Origin: Vitrella brassicaformis CCMP3155
Taxonomy: Eukaryota; Protista; Chromerida
Reading direction: 5' to 3'
Assembly (NCBI GenBank): GCA_001179505.1
Contig: CDMY01000959.1
Location: 1-7,945, forward strand
Length of the DNA stretch: 7,945 bases
Under the pieces are notes generated by a model that saw nothing but the letters and a program-made list of their open reading frames with translations, was not told where the DNA came from and did no database searches. Within the stretch, counting starts at the first letter, position 1. Each line of letters begins with the position of its first letter. Positions 1-5,200 of this stretch are shown here, piece after piece. The position numbers and the translations under genes are program-made.

Positions 1-813
1 GAAAAATATGTGTATATTTGTTGCCCGGAAATTTCGTATGCTCTCCGTCTGGCCGATCGCCTCCCATTACTCGGGGGCCCCTCCCCCCTCGTAACAGTTC
101 GACGACACGCATTCGCGTGGGGTCCCATCGACGCGGACTCGAGAAGTGAAAATATCACTGCCACCATCGTCATGACGAAAGAACTAGAATCGGGTGGCCA
201 CGAAAACACCATAATGGAAGGACATGAGAAGCTTGCCTCGGGTGAAATTGAGGTCAAGCTATGGGGGGAAGACACGAAGGGGGATGGGTATGTTATAATA
301 CTGTCGCCACCAATTGACGACCGCCGAAAAACGATGCGACGAGAAAACGTGTCTTCGTGAGTAAAGAATCTGACGATGTGATCAGTCTGCGAGTTGCTGT
401 GGTGGGCAGTGTTCTCTGGTTGTGTGATCGAGGGAAACGCCAATCTTCTTTCCATGGACGTCATCCTTTTGTCTTCCCCTTCTTGTTCGCTTCTGCCCCT
501 GCGAGCCGGTAGATTCGCTGACATAGCCACAGGCAAATAAAGCGTAGGTCCGTCATGCACACGTCCACTTACACGGATATGCAGTCGTCATGACGGGCCG
601 CTCATCACAGGAAAGCAGCCTATACACGCCCCCTCCGTCAAATACTCGGCATCTACAACGCGCACTGTCGCTCACGGCACGTAGGAGTCTTCTCTCACCC
701 ATCTGACACGCCCTCCCTTCCTGGCAGGCGGTGATTTCCCGGCCCGGCATATGGGCAGCAGCGTTCGTGATGATAATGTTGCAAAGGTCCCATGCACAGG
801 ACAATCAGAAAAA

Positions 814-855
814 GTGTGCACGTGTGTGTGAATTGTGTGTGTGTGTGTGTGTGTG
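814..855. repeat. (TG)n/(CA)n microsatellite
   Basis: Perfect (TG)11 at 834-855, preceded by shorter GTGTG runs at 814-818 and 822-830. Confidence 0.95.
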
Positions 856-1150
856 GACGGATGCGCCACTGCCTGGCTCTGACATCCCCATCCCTCGATC
901 CTCTGCCCCTCCTCTGCAACGACCGTTCCCACGAACACGACGTGCAGGAGGTGCAGGCTGTGTCGCGCCGTCCTCGACGTTCCCGCCCCGTCCATTCGTA
1001 TCCCGGGCAGGTTTCGAGAAGGTTTTGCGCGCTTTGTGCTTCCATACTTTCCATCCCCTTCGTGCATCTCTGAAAGACCTTCTATCCCTTCGAATTTTCC
1101 CGTCCCGAATGTGCCGCGAGACACAGCTGAGCGACGCTCAGGCATAGTAA

Positions 1151-1450
1151 NNNNNNNNNNNNNNNNNNNNNNNNNNNNNNNNNNNNNNNNNNNNNNNNNN
1201 NNNNNNNNNNNNNNNNNNNNNNNNNNNNNNNNNNNNNNNNNNNNNNNNNNNNNNNNNNNNNNNNNNNNNNNNNNNNNNNNNNNNNNNNNNNNNNNNNNNN
1301 NNNNNNNNNNNNNNNNNNNNNNNNNNNNNNNNNNNNNNNNNNNNNNNNNNNNNNNNNNNNNNNNNNNNNNNNNNNNNNNNNNNNNNNNNNNNNNNNNNNN
1401 NNNNNNNNNNNNNNNNNNNNNNNNNNNNNNNNNNNNNNNNNNNNNNNNNN
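1151..1450. other. Assembly gap (300 N)
   Basis: Run of N in the sequence; the round length suggests an estimated gap size. Confidence 0.99.
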
Positions 1451-1733
1451 GAATCAAGGGAAAATACAGCCACAACACACAAAAACACACACTACGAATG
1501 TACATTCGTACAGACAGACAAACAGCCAGACAGGGCCGGCAGAGACACCACATTCATCCACGAGTATGTACAGCTTCAGCGTCCGAATGACATTGCGGTG
1601 TTTCGTGCTGGACAGCACGTCACAATACGAAAAAATCCCAAAAACTGTTCAATCGTCACGTCTCCATCGGGAAACTACTCTCTCAGCTCGCCAGGCGGAC
1701 GAGGCCAAAAGAATGTATTGTTGGCTTGCATGT
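1451..1733 (-). other. Probable 3' UTR / downstream region of the large gene
   Basis: Directly follows the TAA. On the transcribed strand it has U-rich (TTTTTGGGATTTTTT) and UG/UCUG-rich stretches. The poly(A) site cannot be placed from the sequence. Confidence 0.5.
1493..1510. repeat. Perfect 18-bp palindrome TACGAATGTACATTCGTA
   Basis: The sequence equals its own reverse complement over 18 nt and does not extend further. Confidence 0.95.
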
Positions 1734-2235
1734 TTAGTTGATTGCATCGCCTGGGTCAGCCCAGAGCCACGAGTCCGGCAGTACCGACTTGGTGCCATCA
1801 TTGAAGTGCACGACCACATCCACGAGCTCTTCAATATGGCGGGGGCTCTTCACAGCGGGAACCACGCCCTCGATACGTGTGTCCTGCGCAGACAGGCACC
1901 AAGTCACGACGTGAGTAAGTCCCTGTTGTGCTTACGCTTTGAGAGGTGATGCTACACTCGACGCCATCGATGACAAATTTGGTCGCCTTGCGGTGCTTCG
2001 GAGGCTTCGTCTCGCCCTGGCCGTTCAAATTGTAGCCACCTGCATACACAGATGCACTCCGGAACATGAAGGTAGTGCGTGCATTCTCACTTACCGATGA
2101 CGATCTTTTGTGCAAATCGGTAGTTGCCCCTCCACGGTGTGATGTCTAAGCGACCGAGCGACAAGCGCACGGACATGTATGAGCGTCGGAGCAAGTCATT
2201 TAAATGGCATCTTCATTCACCGAATGCCGTGGGTC
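1734..2235 (-). other. C-terminal IPT/TIG domain 2 (exons 25-28)
   Basis: Spliced PTAFDITPWRG...KIVIGGYNL...FVIDGVECSITSQSDTRIEGVVP...VDVVVHFNDGTKSVLPDSW is IPT-like, and the protein ends straight after it. Confidence 0.7.
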
Positions 2236-5200
2236 CGGGGTTAGACTTGGCGTCCTTGTCGTCGGCCATGATGTGCTTGAGATTATTATTGTGCGTGTAA
2301 TCCAATGTCAGGATACTGCACCCTGGGCCGTACACCACCTGCAAACCATGCGTGTCGTGTCCGTGTGTCTCCCTTTTCTGTTGTTCGTCCTTCTGTGCGT
2401 CGTGCGTACCTCCAGTCCGCCAACTTCAGCGCCCTCGAGTTTTGAAATCGTAACGTCCTCTCCTTCCTCCTCGTCCAGATAGGGAATGTCAACTCTCCAG
2501 ATCCACCCGTTCCACTTGGCGCCCAGCAAGTCACCACGCATGGCTCCGGCAAAGCAATTGCCTGGAAAGATTGGATGCAGGGGATAATGCAGTGCCGATC
2601 TGCTTTGTACCCCTGAACTCGGCGATTCCGTTGGTGGATGACTCCCATGGATACCCTTGGTGGAACCTCGGCGGGTCGTGCGGCGCGTTGGCGTCCTTGA
2701 CGTACCACTGGCGGTCGTCCTCCATGTTGCGGGCACGTGCCGCGTTGGGCAGACCGTGGTATGCATTTGCAAAGGTCTGGAAGAGGCGATCGGGGTCAGT
2801 CCAGTCTTCTTCCAACACTGGCCGACACTTTTTCTCCCCCTTCCAAAACGGATTTATGCCTGATGACACGTACAAACCACACCATAGGCATGAAATCTCT
2901 CCTCCCGGGTCGCCCCGTCCAAGGCCTCGCCTCTGTCCGGACTGGCGAAGCTCGACTTATCCCAGCCGTCGAACGTACAGCCCGACTCCGGGGTCCGTTG
3001 ATGGCGAGGCCGTAGCCCTCGTTCCAGCCATTTGAAGATGTCCACAGCTGCCCTTTTGTCGTATAGACCGTGTCGTAGGCGTTACGGATCCCAAATGAAT
3101 AGGGATACACGCCCGTGACCCACGGGGCCACATCGTACGTATCGGCAACCAACTGTCAGAATGTCCCAATACGAACTGGATTGCCAGGCGAATTTGTCGG
3201 ATTCCACTGACTTGGTTGGGGTTCCCGATGCGATCTCTTGTGAAGTAGTCGACCCATTCCAGCGTTCTGGAGCGCTTTGGATTCCTCAACTCCACCTTGA
3301 TGAGGGCACCTGAGTAGTGGCTCTCTGGCAAACCGCCAAGGATGCATGCGGGCCAGCCCTGGAGGAGCACGGATGCACATGACGGATGACAGTCCGAAAG
3401 GCATGGCCAGCAGTGTGAGTGTAGCGCGTGTCCGTACTATATTGGTCATGCCACCAATTGGGAGGTAAAGGCTGCCGCTGTTGTCGAAGGAGATGCCGTT
3501 CAGGCCGTGATCGTGGTTGGACACGGGCAAGCCGTCAACCACCACTTCATGATGCTTGAAGAGAGGGGGACCTGGGGCACCATCACCACCAGCAGTGATC
3601 TGTGCATCCGTGTCTGCATGTGCCTTGAACTGACCCTTCAGTTTACTCAACACACCGAGGAACTTGGCGGTGTTGTTCTCTTGGCTGAAGCAGTCTCCTC
3701 CCTGCTAGTAAGAGAAAAATCCACGTGTGCTGGCGGGGGTCCCTCTCTCATCGTGTCGTACCCACTGGAACATGGGACTGTGTGCCACGTAGATCTCTGG
3801 GTCGTCTGGGTCGCCAAATGGGTCGACTGAGATAGAAACGGGACAGGAGAATGCAACATGGCTTCATACGTAAGCCCTTGGGTGAGCCTCACATCCGAAA
3901 CCAATGATAACGTGACCAGGGTATTCTTTCTGGGTGAAGTCACAGTTGGTAGACAAGTTTCGAAAGCGTTTTCGAATCACTGACCATGATGGTGGTGATT
4001 TCGATCAGGCTTTCCCCGTCGATGTCGTTGTTCGAGGTCCATTCAAGCGCCCGGATGCCGCCGCCGATATCGCTCATGTACAGGCGGCGATCAGGGCCCC
4101 ACTCGCCCTGGGTCAGCGAGCCTGACAACACACGCAGATAGAGAGAGAGGCATATGTAATTTCGGCATGTCTTCTAGAAGGTGTACCGTTCCACTCGCCA
4201 CGACGCTTGCGTTTCAGGGGTGCTTCGCTATCGAAGGCAAGTAAGACGGTCCGACTGGTCCACTTAATAGCGGGGGCCACACGACTAGAGTACTCGAAAC
4301 GCTTCTTCTTCGATACACCATGAGGGGTCCTGACGGACACAGAAAGCTCCTCCTCCGCCTGTTATCCAACGAACACGCAAAGACGACACACAGGTCTGAG
4401 CCAGTCTTGCACGCTCACCCCTGGCGAAACCTCGTAGACGATCTCTGTGCCGTCAGCTTTGAGGACCTGACTGTCCGTGAGGTAGTCGACGTGTGTATTG
4501 CCAAAGATAAGTGAGACACCCTTCTTGACCGCATGCGGATTCATGAAGCCGGCGCCCTCGATGGTTATCTTTTGGCCGCCGGAGACGTGCCCCCTAGTGG
4601 GTGAGATGCGGTTGATGAACGGAGGGTAGTCTTGCTGACTGTGAGACACATCATCGATCTCCGTAACCCCGCCATTTGTATGCAGCTGAGCGGAAAGTAC
4701 ATTTGTAATGTGCACAATGGGACCACTCGCCATACAATAAAATTACCGACAGAGGCAAAGAAGCAGGGTTTGTAATGAGCCAGCTGATCTCAAAATCATG
4801 AGATCCGTTGGGAAGTTTAGCTTTGGCATTCCCTTTGGAGAGAGAGAAGGGCTCGCCATTGACCCGCAGCATCATCTGGACTGCTGGGTCTGCACTGATG
4901 GTGATCGGAACCTCCCCTTTGTTATTCTTCATGCCGTCATTCACCTTTAGGGTACCCTTCACCATCCAACGGATACAAGACATACACACAAACTTATTCA
5001 CTCCGCTCATGGCATGCGAAGCTCCGGCGCCGACCTTAGCTCTGAGAATGACATCCTGCTTGAAGGGTGACCCCATGATGTTGTTATTTCGACCGTCGGG
5101 TTTGAATTCGCATCCCTTCTCGAGACTGCTGCCGATCCATTTCGGCTCGAGCACCGTGCTGCCACTCCTGAGGTTGATCCCGTCCATGGGCGCCTCAAAG

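Noticed and set aside
1127-1141. CTGAGCG-A-CGCTCAG inverted repeat as a terminator or standalone element
   Set aside because: 7-bp arms are expected about 0.5 times by chance in this window, a 1-nt loop is unfavourable, and bacterial terminators are not relevant here.
731-1147. Plus ORF with a signal-peptide-like start (MISRPGIWAAAFVMIMLQRSHAQ)
   Set aside because: It starts at GTG, reads through the microsatellite (CVCVCV), and has no further protein-like features. It cannot be supported without expression data.
672-1590. ORFs spanning the N run (672-1553, 1036-1590, 1138-1488)
   Set aside because: They are artefacts of translating N as X, and their lengths are meaningless.
4099-4731. 9-mer GGCGAGTGG (minus strand) three times: 4099-4107, 4191-4199 and 4723-4731
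   Set aside because: Too short, irregularly spaced, found in both exon and intron, and with no wider similarity. Not a repeat array or CRISPR.
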